Positions 37,049-51,706 of a stretch of DNA of 64,000 nt are shown here, piece by piece. The position numbers were made by a program, and so were the translations under genes. The stretch's first letter is position 1, and each line of letters starts with the position of its first letter. The stretch is from Octopus sinensis (lineage: Eukaryota): positions 15,314,001-15,378,000 of the forward strand of contig NC_043005.1 of the NCBI RefSeq assembly GCF_006345805.1. The letters run 5' to 3'. The notes beneath the pieces were generated by a model. It made no database searches. It was not told where the DNA came from and saw nothing but the letters and a program-made list of their open reading frames with translations.

Positions 37049-37399
37049 TAAAATGTTATCAGTAAGAGTTAATTTCTATTGAAAAAAGTTTTTAAAAAAT
37101 ATAATCATAATTTTTTTTTTTTGGTGCTAGCATAATATTTTATGTGGCTGTATAAGTCCGAAGACATGGATTTTCTTGGAGAAGACAAAGCAGTAGTTTC
37201 CCCATTGCATTCTGTTGGTTTATTTGCAGCTTATTTTGCTGGTCTCCTTCTCTCCAAAGGTTACATGTAGAACTCATGTGACCTGCTGCATAGGGCTTGT
37301 TTAATCCTTAGCAACAGCAGACAGTTACAGCCTATAAACATTAGCTAGTATTATTAATGAGAGTAAAAGATGGGTTTAAGTGTTAACAGCAAAATATGA

Positions 37400-37970
37400 A
37401 TGCTAAAATGGAGATGAAATTATCTCAAAGAAAGTACCATCAATTTGAGGCATAAGAGTTTAATGAAACAACTATGAGACAAGTTGATAGTTTTAAATAT
37501 ATGGGAACCATCATTACATCAGATAGCTAAAACATTACTTTCTACTGTGAGAAGGCTACACTGAAGAAGGTAGAAACACTTTACATGCTACAAAAAGAAA
37601 TGGAGTCAAGGATTGGGCAGGCCAAAACTGGAATTGATGAGATCAAACATACATCGCTAAGTTAATGGCTATCAATAAGAGGGAAAAAAAGTCTTAGGAG
37701 TATACATAGTGGCTGTCCTTACATATGGTTGTGCGACCTGCACATCAATAAACAAGTCCCAAAGCTTATCAATACCAGAGATGTGGTTCCTAAGATGATT
37801 GCTGAAGTGAGAAACATCAAAGTCCTCAGACAAACAAAGACCATCAAAAAACTTAACGTAAGTAGGTGACAGGTTTTGGTTATCATATGAAAAGAAAAAA
37901 ACCTCAAGCACTTTAGTGATAAGGAGACTGAAAAGCAGAAGAAATCAAGGAAGACAGAGAAAATAATTGG
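37400..37970 (+). mobile_element. Degraded RTE LINE C-terminal fragment
   Basis: QVDSFKYMGTIITSD, VLTYGC, EMWFLR motifs. Confidence 0.65.
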
Positions 37971-39497
37971 TCAAGTCAGCTGCTTTCTAAAAGACTGACC
38001 CAATGCGTGAAGTTGTGTGGGATCGAGAAGATAGAGATTGAAGATCAAAATCTATAGGTTTGGCACATGAAGTATAAAAGGTAAAACACTGGTCAACATA
38101 AAAACACCGAGAAATGTGCAGAGATGAGATCCAATATGTTGAAAATATTGGCAAATTGCTGGAATGATGCTAAGAGAAAAATGAGTCTCTAAATAACTTT
38201 TGATGGAATGGCTGCATGATTTTAATAGAACTCAGAAATTGTTGTTGAATGTTGTTCCATCACAGGTAAATGTCTCCAGGAAATGTTGCAGGTGTAAAGT
38301 ATTATCTGTTGTTAAACAGTAAACCATATAATATTTACAGCTGTTTGGCTAAAAGGCAAAACTTGGGACTTCTTAGCTTTTAGCATCAGACTGACAAACA
38401 TGTTAAGTGATATTTGGGAGACGACAAAGTGTGCAAAGGCCTGTCATATAGGTATATTTGCATCTTTCACTGATGAATATCAACATGAAGCCAATAAGCA
38501 TGAACTTCTGAACAGAAATACCTTCTGATATTTGCTCCACCCAAGTTGCATAGATGCTTCCTCATCTTTCTCACCACTGAAAATGTCTTCCTGGAAATCT
38601 ATAAACCAACGATGCTATTGTTCACAAAATGCAAAACATAAAATACATCATAGATATAAGTAATAGATCATCCCCTTGAACCGCTTTAACATAAAGTTTG
38701 TTTTTTCCACCATGAACTTCTCTCCAAGGACTGACATCAATATCTTGATTGTCTTAAGATTATTTGGCTTATTTCTGACTCTTTATTACACGCTTTCATA
38801 TCACTACAAATGGTTTACAGGTTTACAAGCAATCCATTATTGCATCAATGATTTCTAAATGGAGCAGGATAGAAGAAATGAAATATTTTGAAAGGGGTTA
38901 CTGTGACAATAGACGAAACTTTAGACAATACAAGTTTTATAATATTTCAAATGCAAAATAAGTTTATGTGATTATAGACTATGTGAGAATGAACTTTTTC
39001 AAAAAGAGGGCTAAACTGAAGATAGAAACATTTTACATGCAGCAAAAAAGAATGAGTGCCATTTAAAATCCTGTAGACAATACCTGTATCTCAATAGATA
39101 AAGCAAAGTGCAAATATTCTTGAGTGAAGAAATCAACTGCTTTATCTTAATTTTTCTAGCACAAAATTCTTGAGCTGATACATAACCCAGTTCTCTTATA
39201 AAGGCTAACTATTTTAATTCCTTAAGCTGACTTTCACAAACTGCAGGTTTTAGAATGTAATATTGTCCACCAGAGAAACCCACACGCAAACAGGATGAAT
39301 ATAATCACATGGATAAGCTAGAAAATTCTGAGAAAGTTTGAATGAATTCAAAGAGCATTTAGGAAAGAGTATCAGTTTCCTTTTAACTGTAATAAAAGAA
39401 AATAAAAAAAATAGCCAGTTACCATTCATTTTTGTTTTGACTTATGCAAAGAGACAAAAAGAGAGGATAAAAAATGATGAACCATTTAAGAAATATA

Positions 39498-39725
39498 TAT
39501 TTCTTTACTACGCACAACAGACTAAACATAGAGGGGACAAACAAGGACAGACAAAGGGATTAAGTCGATTATATCGACCCAGTGCGAAACTGGTACTTTA
39601 TTTATCGACCCCAAGAGGATGAAAGACAAAGTCAACCTTGGCAGAATTTGAACTAAGAACGTAACGACAGATGAAATACCTCTAAGCATTTCGCCCAGCG
39701 TTAACGTTTCTGCCAGCTCGCCGCC
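39498..39725 (-). mobile_element. Family B SINE, full length
   Basis: 16-bp TSD ccatttaagaaatata (39482-97, 39726-41). Confidence 0.93.
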
Positions 39726-40691
39726 CCATTTAAGAAATATAGTGAAGCATACAGACTGCTGAGGCCATGGCAGTGAAAAGGAAATGTGTAATGAAGATAC
39801 AAGCATATTTGTTATGAGTAAATCCATTCTAAGTTGCATTACAAATAACTATCTTCTAACATGGTTAACGTAAGACAATATGAACAAATTAACATAAGGC
39901 GATATAAATGAATTAGAAAATAATACATCCTCAACACAATCATTTTAAACAGACTAACAGTTGTTTTCTACAGTTATCTATAACTTAATCGCATCAGTCT
40001 TAGATATATTTCTATCTTGATTGCTGTTATTTAAAAGTTTGTAATAAATAGGAACAGTTTAAAGCATTTAATTTGAAAATAAAATAAGTTTAAGAATATT
40101 AACTACAAATGACTGGGTGAAAAAAAATTAACTAGAATCTATCTCTAAACAGATTATTTTATACATCAACCAACTTACCCCCACCCCACCAACAAGAAAA
40201 AAAATTTATATAGCTCACAAAATAGTTTTAATAAGATTGACATTTTAAATTTAAAAAAAAGTTATATAAAGAGGTTTGCCATTTATATGGTAGAGTGTTG
40301 GCAACATTGAGGTAAGGCAACTAACTAACGAGGAAAAATGGGGAGAGAAAAACAAATGTTAAATACAGTCCCTATTCACACAGACAAACACCCCCCTCAC
40401 TTTTATACTCAAAATGGATGAAATTTAAATAGACTTTTAAAGGCAGCAACATTGTATTGTAATATTTTTCTATTAGACTAAAGCAGAAGGCAGTATTCAG
40501 AACCCTTGCAAGGATTTTTCCTAGAGTGGAGGGTGAAGTAGATTGGTAAAGATGCAACAATTCAGTTTGAACTTCTGTAGGTTAGTATTTGATGGGAACA
40601 ACTTGAGCAATGACAAAATTTCAGAATGATTAAGGGATTGGATAAAATGTTTACTACAGAATCTGGGAGAGTGAAACGGTAGTAGTATTAA

Positions 40692-40928
40692 GGCGGCGAG
40701 CTAGCAGAAACGTTAGCATGCCAGGCGAAATGCCTAGCGGTATTTCGTCTACCGTTACGTTCTGAGTTCAAATTCCGCCGAGGTCGACTTTGCCTTTCAT
40801 CCTTTCGGGGTCGATTAAATAAGTACCAGTTACGCACTGGGGTCGATATAATCGACTTAATCCGTTTGTCTGTCCTTGTTTGTTCTCTCTGTGTTTAGCC
40901 CCTTGTGGGTAGTAAAGAAATAGAAATA
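40692..40928 (+). mobile_element. Family B SINE, full length
   Basis: 15-bp TSD ggtagtagtattaag (40678-92, 40929-43); core gaggtcgactttgcctttcatcctttcggggtcgattaaataagtaccag. Confidence 0.93.
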
Positions 40929-42742
40929 GGTAGTAGTATTAAGAGAGAGAGAGAGAAAGAAAGAATAGGTAGGTGCAGAGAGAGTGGGTTGATCACTTTT
41001 TTTTTATGTAAGTAGCATAAAAATCTATAAAATCTGTGTAAAGGTTTCATGAGCAAGAGGCATAATTTTACCTTGTATAGAATCAATGACTGTTCAGAGC
41101 TGAAGCATTTCTAACCCAGCAAAGTTTATTTGGTATACTTGAAATCTCAAATGACAGTAAAGTCTAGCAATTATAGAGTAATGTGACAGTTTTAAGTGTG
41201 AGCTGGATTAAGTTAGTGTAAGGTTTGTAACACATTATAAGGGGGCCTAAATTATAAACTAGTTATTTCATCAAATTATTATTTTCGTAGATTTAACTAC
41301 ATATCTGAAGGATCAATTTATACAGATTATTTAGGAGAGTAAGAGAGAGAGAATAACTAAAAAAAATTCCATTATTCTATTGCCTACAAGCCAACATGCT
41401 TGAGACATTCAGAAGGTTAACCTTGGAAGATAACAGCTTAGTTGCAATAGGTTATGTGGCAAATCTGAATGGGTGGACACTTTGTCTATAAACTCCAACT
41501 ACATTTTAAACCAAACTTAAAAAATACAAACTGTAAATGCTACATGTAACTTCAAGTTTCTCTCCAGGTATACACCTTAATTGGTTTCTCTGGTTTGACA
41601 ATGAAAATGTGACCAAGTTAAATTAAATTCATTATAGTTTGGCTTACAGTTAAAATAGAAACTCTACAGGTTTCCTACTTGCTTAACATTCTCAATTTAA
41701 GAGGGATGGTTAGTATTATGGTGTCTATAATATATTAGTAATAATCTGACTAGATTCAGTCATCTTATGGTGAGTGTAATGCACAAGAGAAATAGAATGG
41801 CAAGTCTATTAATGGTGTATGATGAAAATGAAGTAAGCCTGCCCATTTACTGTAGCCATTCGATTTAATTCTTGTAATTTGTTTAATTTAAAGTGTTTTG
41901 AACCAAGCTTAAACACCCAGTCAGGCATAAGAGATGACGGTAGTATATTACTATAATAATAAAGCAGTTTGCCTTGTGTCTCTGAAAATGCAAGGCCTGT
42001 AGTATTATATGCTACGCTTGTTACTAGTTAAACTGGCACTGGATGTGGTGTCATGGGTCTGTTTTACCAATGAGTAGTACGTTTTGGAACAGTTGAATGG
42101 GGTTTAAAATTTTTGTGTGGCTGAACAGCATGCAAACTAAGAAGTGAAGAGTGATATCACTTACAGAGAGGAATATGCCAATATAAGAGGTTATCAATGG
42201 GAAATATTCATCAGAAGATTGTTTATAAATATTTTTTTTCCAAATGATTATCTATGCTGTGTACTAATTTATATACCATAGAAAACACTGTATTACAAAA
42301 AAAAAATCAATTCTCTGGTACTACTGGGATTGGATAAATCCTGCTAACAAGTATCACAGTTGTATTATATTTAGCTTTTTGATTAAAATCCATTCCTCCA
42401 AATTCTAAATTAAATACTTGAAGAATGGGAAGGCAGAAGATACAGAAAATATTTCTAGAAAACAAAAACAAAATAACTATACAAAAGAGTGCAGGAAACT
42501 TTAATAAAAGTTGAGGTAGAGAGATACTGTAAGCTCTATTCTCACAACTGAACTATAAATACCTGCAATATAAACATTGAAAAAATGGTAATGAATCCAA
42601 AATCCATCCCAGTAGACAAATGTAATTTCTCAAAAGACAGGTAAAAATGAGGCTAGATAGAAGTAGTGAAAGTAAAACCAAAAACTTTTACAAAAACAAA
42701 GAGATGAAGCTGAAAGATGCTTCTGTAAAAACTGATTTCACA

Positions 42743-42952
42743 CATCATCCTCATCATCATTTAACGTCCGCTTCCCATGCTAGCATGGGTTGGACGATTT
42801 GACTGAGGTCTGGCGAACCAGACTCCAATCTGATATGGCAGAGTTTCTACAGCTGGATGCCCTTCCTAACGCCAACCACTCCGAGAGTGTAGTGGGTGGT
42901 TTTACGTGCCACCGGCATGAGGGCCAGTTTGGTGGTACTGGCAACGGCCATG
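42743..42952 (-). mobile_element. Family C element
   Basis: (CAT)n start and ctggatgcccttcctaacgccaaccactccg core. Confidence 0.88.
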
Positions 42953-44262
42953 CAAATAAAAACATAATAGGGAATACAAAAAAAACTTCCGAAGTGGAGA
43001 AGGCAACTGGCTTTCCCGACACTCTTCAGTAAACTACTGATAGATTTCATGGTCAGAGTAGAAATCCAATCAAGCAGTTTAATGATGCAGCTGATAAAAA
43101 CTACAAAACATAACAAGCTTGAAAGATATGAAAGAAAAAAGGTAGAGAAGTAGAAACCAAAACGGGCACTAAATATTATATAAAGCAAGATAAAACTGAG
43201 TTATATAAAACTGAGTTATGAGCAACATCCTAAAAATGAATTATTTAAAATTGTGAAAAAAGGTGCCAGAACCGACTAAAATTTCATTGGGAAGAAGTGT
43301 CCAAAATTATCTAGGTACACTAGCAATAGAAATTGCTTTGAGAAATTGATGAACAAGAAAAATGGAAGCAGAACTAAATTGATCATTTGAAGAAGAGAAG
43401 TACAGTAATTAAGAAAATAACAGAAATCTGCATCTCTATAGTGAGATGCATCTCTGTAGTGAGATGTTGAAAGCTGAAGGATAGTTAATGACTTTCTGTC
43501 ATATATTTAATATTGCCCATGGTTATTACAGAAACATTATTATCAAATGTTACAATAGCAGAAGAGATATAACACAGCAGGAAACTTACAACAACTACAG
43601 GTTAATAGAGTAAATAATGAAGGTGGTTAAAACAAAAAATTATAGCAAAGGTCGCACAAGGTAGAGGAAGCTAAGAGGAGATAGAGTGTGTATGCGTGTT
43701 AGGATGTGGCATCCCAAATGCTAGAATGTGTTGAAATGACAATGTAATCTATGACAAAACAACTAATATTTGTTACCTATAGTGATTAGCATTCTGTATG
43801 TGTAAAGGAGTAATTTGAGAAAACTTAAGTCATGATCTAAAGAAATGTAGTGAGCTTATAAAAAAGCATTAATACACAAAGATGCATCTCCTATGATTGT
43901 CACAGTCCTTTAGTCTAGTTCTTGAGGCAATTGCAAAAGGAATTCAAAACTAAAAGTCCATCAATATCTTTTTTAACCCAGTCTTTGTTCATAATTCACC
44001 AAGGATGGATGGACGGACGGATGGACACACACACACACACACACACAATGTTGATTGTTCAAACCTGGATTACACCAACATTGGATTTCTTCAATATTTT
44101 AGAATGTCAACAATTTGATTCTCCTTTAGAAACTGTAGAACTTCAGAAGAAATTCAACTCTTGGAAATATATGCCTAAACCGAAAGGTTTTAGGGAGCAT
44201 CAACAAAAAGGGAAGCAAGAGCTTAACATATAGTCAGTACAAAATCAGTTCAGTATAGAAAA

Positions 44263-44842
44263 GTTAGGAGTGGTTGTGTGGTAAGTAGCTTGCTTACCAA
44301 CCACATGGTTCCGGGTTCAGCACCACTGTGTGGTACCTTGGGCAAGTGTCTTCTATAGCCTTGGGCTGACCAAAGCCTTGTGAGTGGATTTGGTAGATGG
44401 AAACTGAAAGATGCCTGTCGTATATATGTGTATATACATACACACACATTTTATATATATATATATTGGCGTTAGGAAGGGCATCCAGCTGTAGAAACAT
44501 TGCCAGATTAGACTGGAGCCTGGTGCAGCCTTCTGGCTTCCCAGAACCCCGGTCGAACCGTCCAACCCATGCTAGCATGGAGAACGGACGTTAAACGACG
44601 ATGATGATGATGATATATATAATGTACATGTGTGTATATGTTTGTGTGTGTGTTTGTCCCTCCAACATCGCTTGACAACCAATGCTGGTGTGTTTATGTC
44701 CCCGTAACTTAGCAGTTCAGCAAAAGATATCAATAGAATAAGTACTAGGCTTACAAAGAATAAGTCCTGAGGTCGATTTGCTTGACTAAAGGCGGTGCTC
44801 CAGCATGGCCACAGTCAGATGACTGAAATAAGTAAAAGAGTA
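44263..44842 (+). mobile_element. SINE family A with a family C element (44467-44614) nested in its microsatellite
   Basis: Head to 44466, inserted tggcgttaggaaggg...gatgatgat, body resumes at 44615. Confidence 0.9.
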
Positions 44843-46422
44843 ATTCCATTAACTTCAGACTGTGAGAAAATGGCTGTTTTGACATTCCATTTTTTTGAAA
44901 AAGTAAATGATATAGCTCAATGAAGATTGAAACCTGGGTGACAGATTTAGTTTACTGAGTTTTCCACCTTCAGTGTAGTAATTGTCGGAGCATGCTACCA
45001 CTGAACCAGAACATATCCTAGAATAGCTGGTAATGCATATAGCCCTAAACTGAAGAGTGTGGACTGGCCAGACAGTTTAGTGACAACAGTAGACAAGTTC
45101 CATTATTTAAACATCATTAGTAAAAGCAGAGTTACTGTCAGCATATAGAGATCAGAATTGTATGGGTGGAAGAAATTTCAAGATCAATTTTCTTGGAAGT
45201 AATGAGTTTCTTTCTGTGTAAACATATGTCTAAATGATGAATATATTGTGATATTAAGGTGAATTTAGAAAATCTGAACGATTTGGTGAACAACAAGTAG
45301 AGTCCATTGGATGAGCAATGTTAAATTATAGAGAGAGCATTGACTATCAATGCATTGACTGTTGTGTGCTGAAGAGATGTTACAGTTTTAATCTGATCTT
45401 AAATCAATATTGATGATGATAATGATGAACAATAAGTGCTAGTAATGAAAGATAGGGTACAAGAGGAACCATGACGTTTAAAAGGATACCTGCCAAAATG
45501 AATGCATTTTACAGAATGCATAATGAAAACAGAACCTAAAGTAACAATATCTAAATGTATAATAACAATTACTAATACATAAGTAAATCTAAATAGCGAA
45601 AAAAAAAACCAAAAATGTAAAACATTTCTTTATAGATAAAGGGAGACAAAAATATTTTATGAAGTATGTTAGTCTTTGATTTAGGAAAATTCGTCCTTTC
45701 AACAAATTCAATAGCTTAAAATAGAATTAATAGAATACAACTAAAAATCACTGCTTTCATTGTATCCAGATACAACTATTAAAACTGTAAAACAGTTACA
45801 CATGGACACAGTCAACTAGTTTTTTTTTTCCTTTTTTTCCGTTTTTACTTCATAAATAAACAAGTGATACACATGACAAAACAACTGTTTAATAGCTGAA
45901 CAGATTGACTTTGTGAAGAATCTCTTAAACAAATGTTATTTCAATTAAAGGCTACTTTTTCCCCAAAATTGAATAGAGGGGGAAAAAAAAGGAAAAAAAA
46001 ACTGGCACAATGTCAAAATGCAAATTAGTCTGCAGTTAGAATGCTTGAAGACCATAAAATATTGACCTAGCTTAGTGGGAAAGAGACACATTCTAAAACA
46101 AAAGAGTTAACTGAAACAATCTAACATCCTTCAAGAAGAAAATCTAACAAAGTGTAGCAAGAGACATTGGTTGTTATCAGTCAGCTGTATTTGGTGCAAT
46201 TAGAAACAAAATAGGCAAATTATAAAAGGAAAATGTAAAGATTAGGCTACACAGACTTGAATTATCAAGATAGAAAACCTGAAGCAATAAGTCTCGAAAA
46301 TAGAAGACAATATTTGTGACAAAACTGTACCAAAACAAAAAAAAAGTTAATAAGATTTATATACAGAAAATTGAAATAAAATCCAGTGCTGGCACACAAA
46401 CGAAAACTGCAGGGTTATAGAG

Positions 46423-46542
46423 CAGGGGGTCTCCAAAGTGGTCAATAAATGCCTGGAAACTGCACATCTTATTTTTTTGTACATGCCTGGGGGTCAAGGA
46501 CTCCATGAAGGGGGTCGATGGTCTAAAAAGTTAGGGGACTCG
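46423..46542. mobile_element. 120-bp hAT-type MITE
   Basis: Exact 8-bp TSD ttatagag (46415-22, 46543-50); degenerate TIRs. Confidence 0.8.
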
Positions 46543-47384
46543 TTATAGAGGGTTAAAAAGAAGCAATCATTGAAAGTAAAAGATTAGATGAAAGAGATGA
46601 ATCACGAATGTGCATCGACCGAGGAAATGACACTGGAGCTTTTGTTTGGGGCATGTCAAACAAAAACCCAGGGGAAATGGTAATCATTACCCCAACAGTC
46701 AATACACAGGTGCACACTGAAATTTTGGATATTTTTCTCATTTCATTGATAGAAAGTAATTTTAGTGATGACACTCATTTTTCAGGATTATAATGCATCT
46801 TGCTACATAAAAATCTAAGGAGCAACAAAGTACTAAATTTGATTATTTTTATGATGATCCTTTAATTTTACCAACTTGATCTGGAGAAAAATATGCCATT
46901 AATTAAAATATTTTAAAAATTCGTTTGAGGTGTATTTGACAAGGCTAAGATATTCAGCTATTAAATGAAAATTATTTTATGGCATATCTATGATTTATTT
47001 ATTTGCTTCAAGTGGAAAAAAAAAAAAGATGGGTGGAGGGAGCACAATGCCCAAGGGAGGGGGGTGCATTTGGGACTAGAGAGTAACCAATGTGTACCTC
47101 ATCTTTCATGACAATGGGATGTAACTTAAAGGAGATTTGGTTGCTATTCACAGCAGGTCAAGTGATAGAATGGTAGAGAGCTGGATGAGGTGCATTACAG
47201 TAGTCTTGTTCATAACTATTTTAGAAAAATACCAGTAATGTAGATTACGAAACTTTACTGTGAGGATAGGTACAGTCAACTACACTGCATGCTCTGAAAG
47301 AAGAAAGAAAACTTGACCTGTATATCAAAAAATAAAAAGTTTATTTACAATTTTTCTATATACACAAATGAGTGCATGCACAGT

Positions 47385-47720
47385 AAGTTATGGCTGTGCA
47401 GTTAAGTTCGCTTCCCAACCATACAGGTTTCAGTTTCAGTATTACCATATGGCATCTAGGGCGAGTGTCTTCTACTGTAGCCACAGGCCAACAAAAGCCG
47501 TGTGAGTAGATTTGGTAGACAGAAACTGAAAGAAGCTCATTTTGTGTGTATGAATTTCTTTATCTTGACATTGTGTGACAGTTATAAACAAGTGTCAGCA
47601 TCATAAAAGGTGTGTTGCGCAATTTCTAATCTTCCATGAAAACATGTTTGCCCATGGAGAAGTATTATTTTGCTTGCAAACAGGTATGAATGAGTTGATG
47701 ACAAGAAAGGCTATAGAAAA
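47385..47720 (+). mobile_element. Old family A-headed SINE with a different body and tail
   Basis: Head and core match family A to gaaactgaaagaagc, then the sequence diverges completely. Confidence 0.65.
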
Positions 47721-47880
47721 TCTGCCCCAAAGAATTGTCTGAACTTTGCAAAGAGAGAAAAGTGGATGAAATAGACAGTGGAGTATGGTGCAGTTCTCTG
47801 ATTGTCTGCTTCTGTTAAACCATCCAACCTACGCCAGCATGAAAAATAGATGTTAAATGATAAGGATATATACATATATA

Positions 47881-48096
47881 CTGGTGCCAGCTCTGTCTGG
47901 CACCAGTGCGGGTGGCACGTAAAAAGCACCCACTACACTCACGGAGTGGTTGGCGTTAGGAAGGGCATCCAGCCGTAGAAACACTGCCAGATTTGACTGG
48001 GCCTGATGAAGCCTTCTGGCTTCACAGACCCCAGTAGAACCGTCCAACCCATGCTAGCATGGAAAACGGACGCTAAATGATGATGATGATGATGAT
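47881..48096 (+). mobile_element. Young family C element
   Basis: Near-identical to 27170-27354; (GAT)n tail. Confidence 0.9.
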
Positions 48097-50244
48097 AGTG
48101 CTAGATTTAGGAATAAACTAAATAAGCTATAGTTTAGAGCCTCATTAATTAAATGGCACAAGCTTCCAATTTTTGTGAGACCTTCTGGTAAATCTTTTAA
48201 CAAGGGGCCTCTAAGTTTATATAGCTTAAGGCCTTATCAAGTCTATTATGTGTGGAAATATTCAAAGCTTGGATTAAAGTAGTTAACTAGATTATATATG
48301 GTCAACACCCTGGGAAATAAAAAAAATTTAAAAAAAAAGGAGACCTGTCAACCTATATATCACAGAAATAACGATAATTAACAGTTCATTAATAGCATTT
48401 TATTCTATAGAAATAACCTGCACCTCCTGCATTGAGCCCACAATCTGATTCTAACTTCCTTCAAGCTAACAATACACCAGTGAAAGACAAGAAACACCTT
48501 ACAATCTCATTCGCTCACACAAATTTTAGGTTCTCACAATTATACAGGAAATAACTATAGTTTTATCATCAGCATTGCCATGTGTTAACTCTCTTCCAGG
48601 ACCTCCTTACGCTAGATCTCTTAGTATTGAAAGTTTCTTTGTTTTCAATATTTAAATTTGAAGATATTGAAAGAGAGAGGTATTGATCATCACAACGGAA
48701 CAAAGAAACCATTGCAAAATGGAAATGAGAGAAAGGAGTAAAATATTCACAGATAATAATTTAATATTATGTCTTTTGGAATCTTGGACTGATGCAGACG
48801 AAAAGGAAAATCAAACAAAGTTTTAATCAGTGAATTTAATTTTGAAGGGGGGAAAAAAATCATGTTTTAAACAATAACATGGCTTATTGCCAAGTTTCTT
48901 TTCTTTTAATGAGTGTAAATAATGCATATACAACACCACAGCAAATGAAACTGAGTAACCAGAAGTAAAAAGGAAAAGCAAAGTTAATAATTTAGAAAAT
49001 ATGATCATTAGCCAAAGTATGTATATAAATCAGCTGATTTCCTACTGAAGACACCTCTTGAAGAAAAAAAAAAAACGAAACGAGGCAAGTGAAGGGAGAC
49101 AACAGTAAGTAGCTAGTGTAATGTTATGCAATGTTGGCAAATGATCAAGATGACTGTTGAGTGTAAGCCAGCAGTATGTAATGAGGACCTTAATCAATAT
49201 AGTATTAATATTGACTATATATTAATATTTAGATCAGCTGCAAGCTGAGTTGATAACACGCTGGACCATCAGTCACTCATCTGTGCTTGTGCACTGCAAG
49301 GACAGATACCACAAAGTAGGTTCAACACAACACTGACTTGTGCTAGAGACAAGTTTTCAGTGGTATTCCTACGGTTACTCCACGAGTTATGAGACTTACC
49401 ATCAATCTTATAATGTTGACAAGGGAAATTCCATTTATCTAAAAACATGTTTAACCTGTTAACAAGGACAACAAACAGGAGCCTAGCTAAAACCAGAGAA
49501 CTTTTCCAAAACAGCTTACAAAAAGGAATGATTTCTTAGGAAAAAGATCAGTTAACTTCAGTATTTCAATTAGATTATCAACCTCAAAGCACTCAGATGA
49601 ATTTTAACAATGGAACTAAAAATTGATGGTTTTTATTTTAATACAAGCTTACTGCTACCACATCAATGATGGAGTTTCTATTATCACTTAACCTGCTAGA
49701 AACAACAGCTAAATCTAATACTGTTTTTAGAAGGATGTGCCACAGAGAAAGCCTCTCCATGATTGGTCATCTTGCCAGAAATTGCATCCAAATCCTACCA
49801 TCATAAATAAAAAAACAAGGTAGGACGTATAATCTTAGATATACCATATCTGAAAAACGAAAGAGGACGGTCATTGTTGAGATGACCTTCAACAAGTCTG
49901 TTCAATCAGGACCAACCTTAGATTAAACAATTCACTTGCCTTAAAGAGAAGGATTTCTTACACTGGCACAAAGCCATAAATTTAATTTTTTATTATTCTG
50001 AGATAGTGGGGAGTAAAATAAATGAATCCCATTTCATGCCTGGGTATGTTAATGGTATTGGAAAGGTGAAAGCCAAATTGAAACCAGAACATGGAGATGA
50101 AGAATTAAACATCACTGTTTACAGTTTCTGCCAATCCAATGCCATCAACAATAAAAACAGCAGAGATTAGAGACAGAAGACAATGTTAAACCGTACTCTT
50201 TGTGTGTGCAATCTGCTTTTAGTGTTAGTTTTCAGCATCAACTA

Positions 50245-50472
50245 GTTCTTATTTCTTTATTGCCCACAAGGGGTTAAACATAGAGGGGACAAACAAGGAC
50301 AGACAAAGGGATTACATCAACCCCAGTGCGTAATTGGTACTTAATTTATCGACCCCGAAAGGATGAAAGGCAAAGTCGACCTCGGCGGGATTTGAACTCA
50401 GAACTTAACGGCAGACAAAATACTGCTAAGCATTTCACCCAGCATGCTAACGTTTCTGCCAGCTCGCCACCT
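50245..50472 (-). mobile_element. Family B SINE with a small internal deletion
   Basis: Matches 32286-32515 and 39498-39725. Confidence 0.88.
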
Positions 50473-51706
50473 TAGACTATTTCTATTGAACTTCAACAAA
50501 AACTGTATTTATCAGAATTCTTTTAGTCATTTACTGGTTTCATTAATTGGTTTTTAAAGGGATTTATTCAACAGGGGATGTAAGACAAAGTTAGCCAGGT
50601 GCAGAGGTGGGTAGCCAAGACAATGCAAAATATTTTTGTTTAATGCATCGATTTGTCACAATAATGAGACACACATACAACAATCTTTGACCCAATAAAC
50701 TTCACTGAGATTATGGTAGAAGACACTTGCCCAAGGTGTCGTACAGTGAGATCAAATGTGAGGCCCTGTAGCTATTTAATGAACTTCTAAAAATCAGTCA
50801 TGTCACAAGTTTTAGAAATTAAAGAAACATTTGAAGGAATGCAGGATGGAATGTACAAATCAAAATGTTTCACATAAACATAAAATAATTTTATTGAAAA
50901 ATAAAGCCTATAAGGGAAACATAAATCAGATTTTCCTTGTTGATTTCAGTGCAATAGTATGAGTCAGAATGTTTGTGAAGATTTTAAACACTGGACTTAA
51001 AGGATAAAGATATCCAACACAACTGAATGCTCTACTCACAACCACAGCCCTCTGACTAACTTAGGATACTTTCTACTTTATGCAACATTAATTTGTTCAA
51101 TAGATTTTGGAAAATTAGTCATGTTTCATAAGTGCAAGTTCAACGATAATTCTAAATGCATAGCGGTTGTTGTCAGATCTACACTCAAAACCACTCCTGT
51201 CACAGCCAGCCTGTCATTCTTTTTATTGGATAGTATACAGAAGCTTTCCTTTTTTTAAAGGAATAGTTATTTATGTAAGGGTTTCATTGACCATGTTGAC
51301 ACATTTTACAGTGAATTCATAAATCAATCTTTTCTCCCCTTTTCTTTTTAAGGAAATACCATCGCTCCCATATTTATTTATTATTCAATACATTCACAAA
51401 AACTGTCACCTAGAAAAGTAGGTTCCTGATTAGTTGGGCCTGTCGCCGCCTGAGCCGGCTTTAGCACATGGCTTTAGGCATTTCATTTGTGCTCTCTCTC
51501 TCTCTCTCTCTCTCTCATGATCAAGACAAAAGGACAAACAATTTCTTATGAAAAAAAAAAAATCCAGGGTCTTACGCTCAAGTAACAAGTCCAAAAATAT
51601 TATCAGGTTGTCATTTATACAACTCGTGTCTCGGCTCACCCTGGTTAGATTTAACTTGCATATAAAAATCAGGGAGGGGATGAGGACAGTTAATAAAACT
51701 AGTGTT

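Noticed and set aside
9400-38000. Antisense orientation bias of LINE fragments in ARIH1 introns
   Set aside because: Most ORF fragments are on +, but minus-strand ones exist (19470, 33740) and numbers are too small to claim a bias.
38030-38640. GC-balanced stretch that might be a decayed transposase
   Set aside because: No diagnostic motif could be read in any frame.
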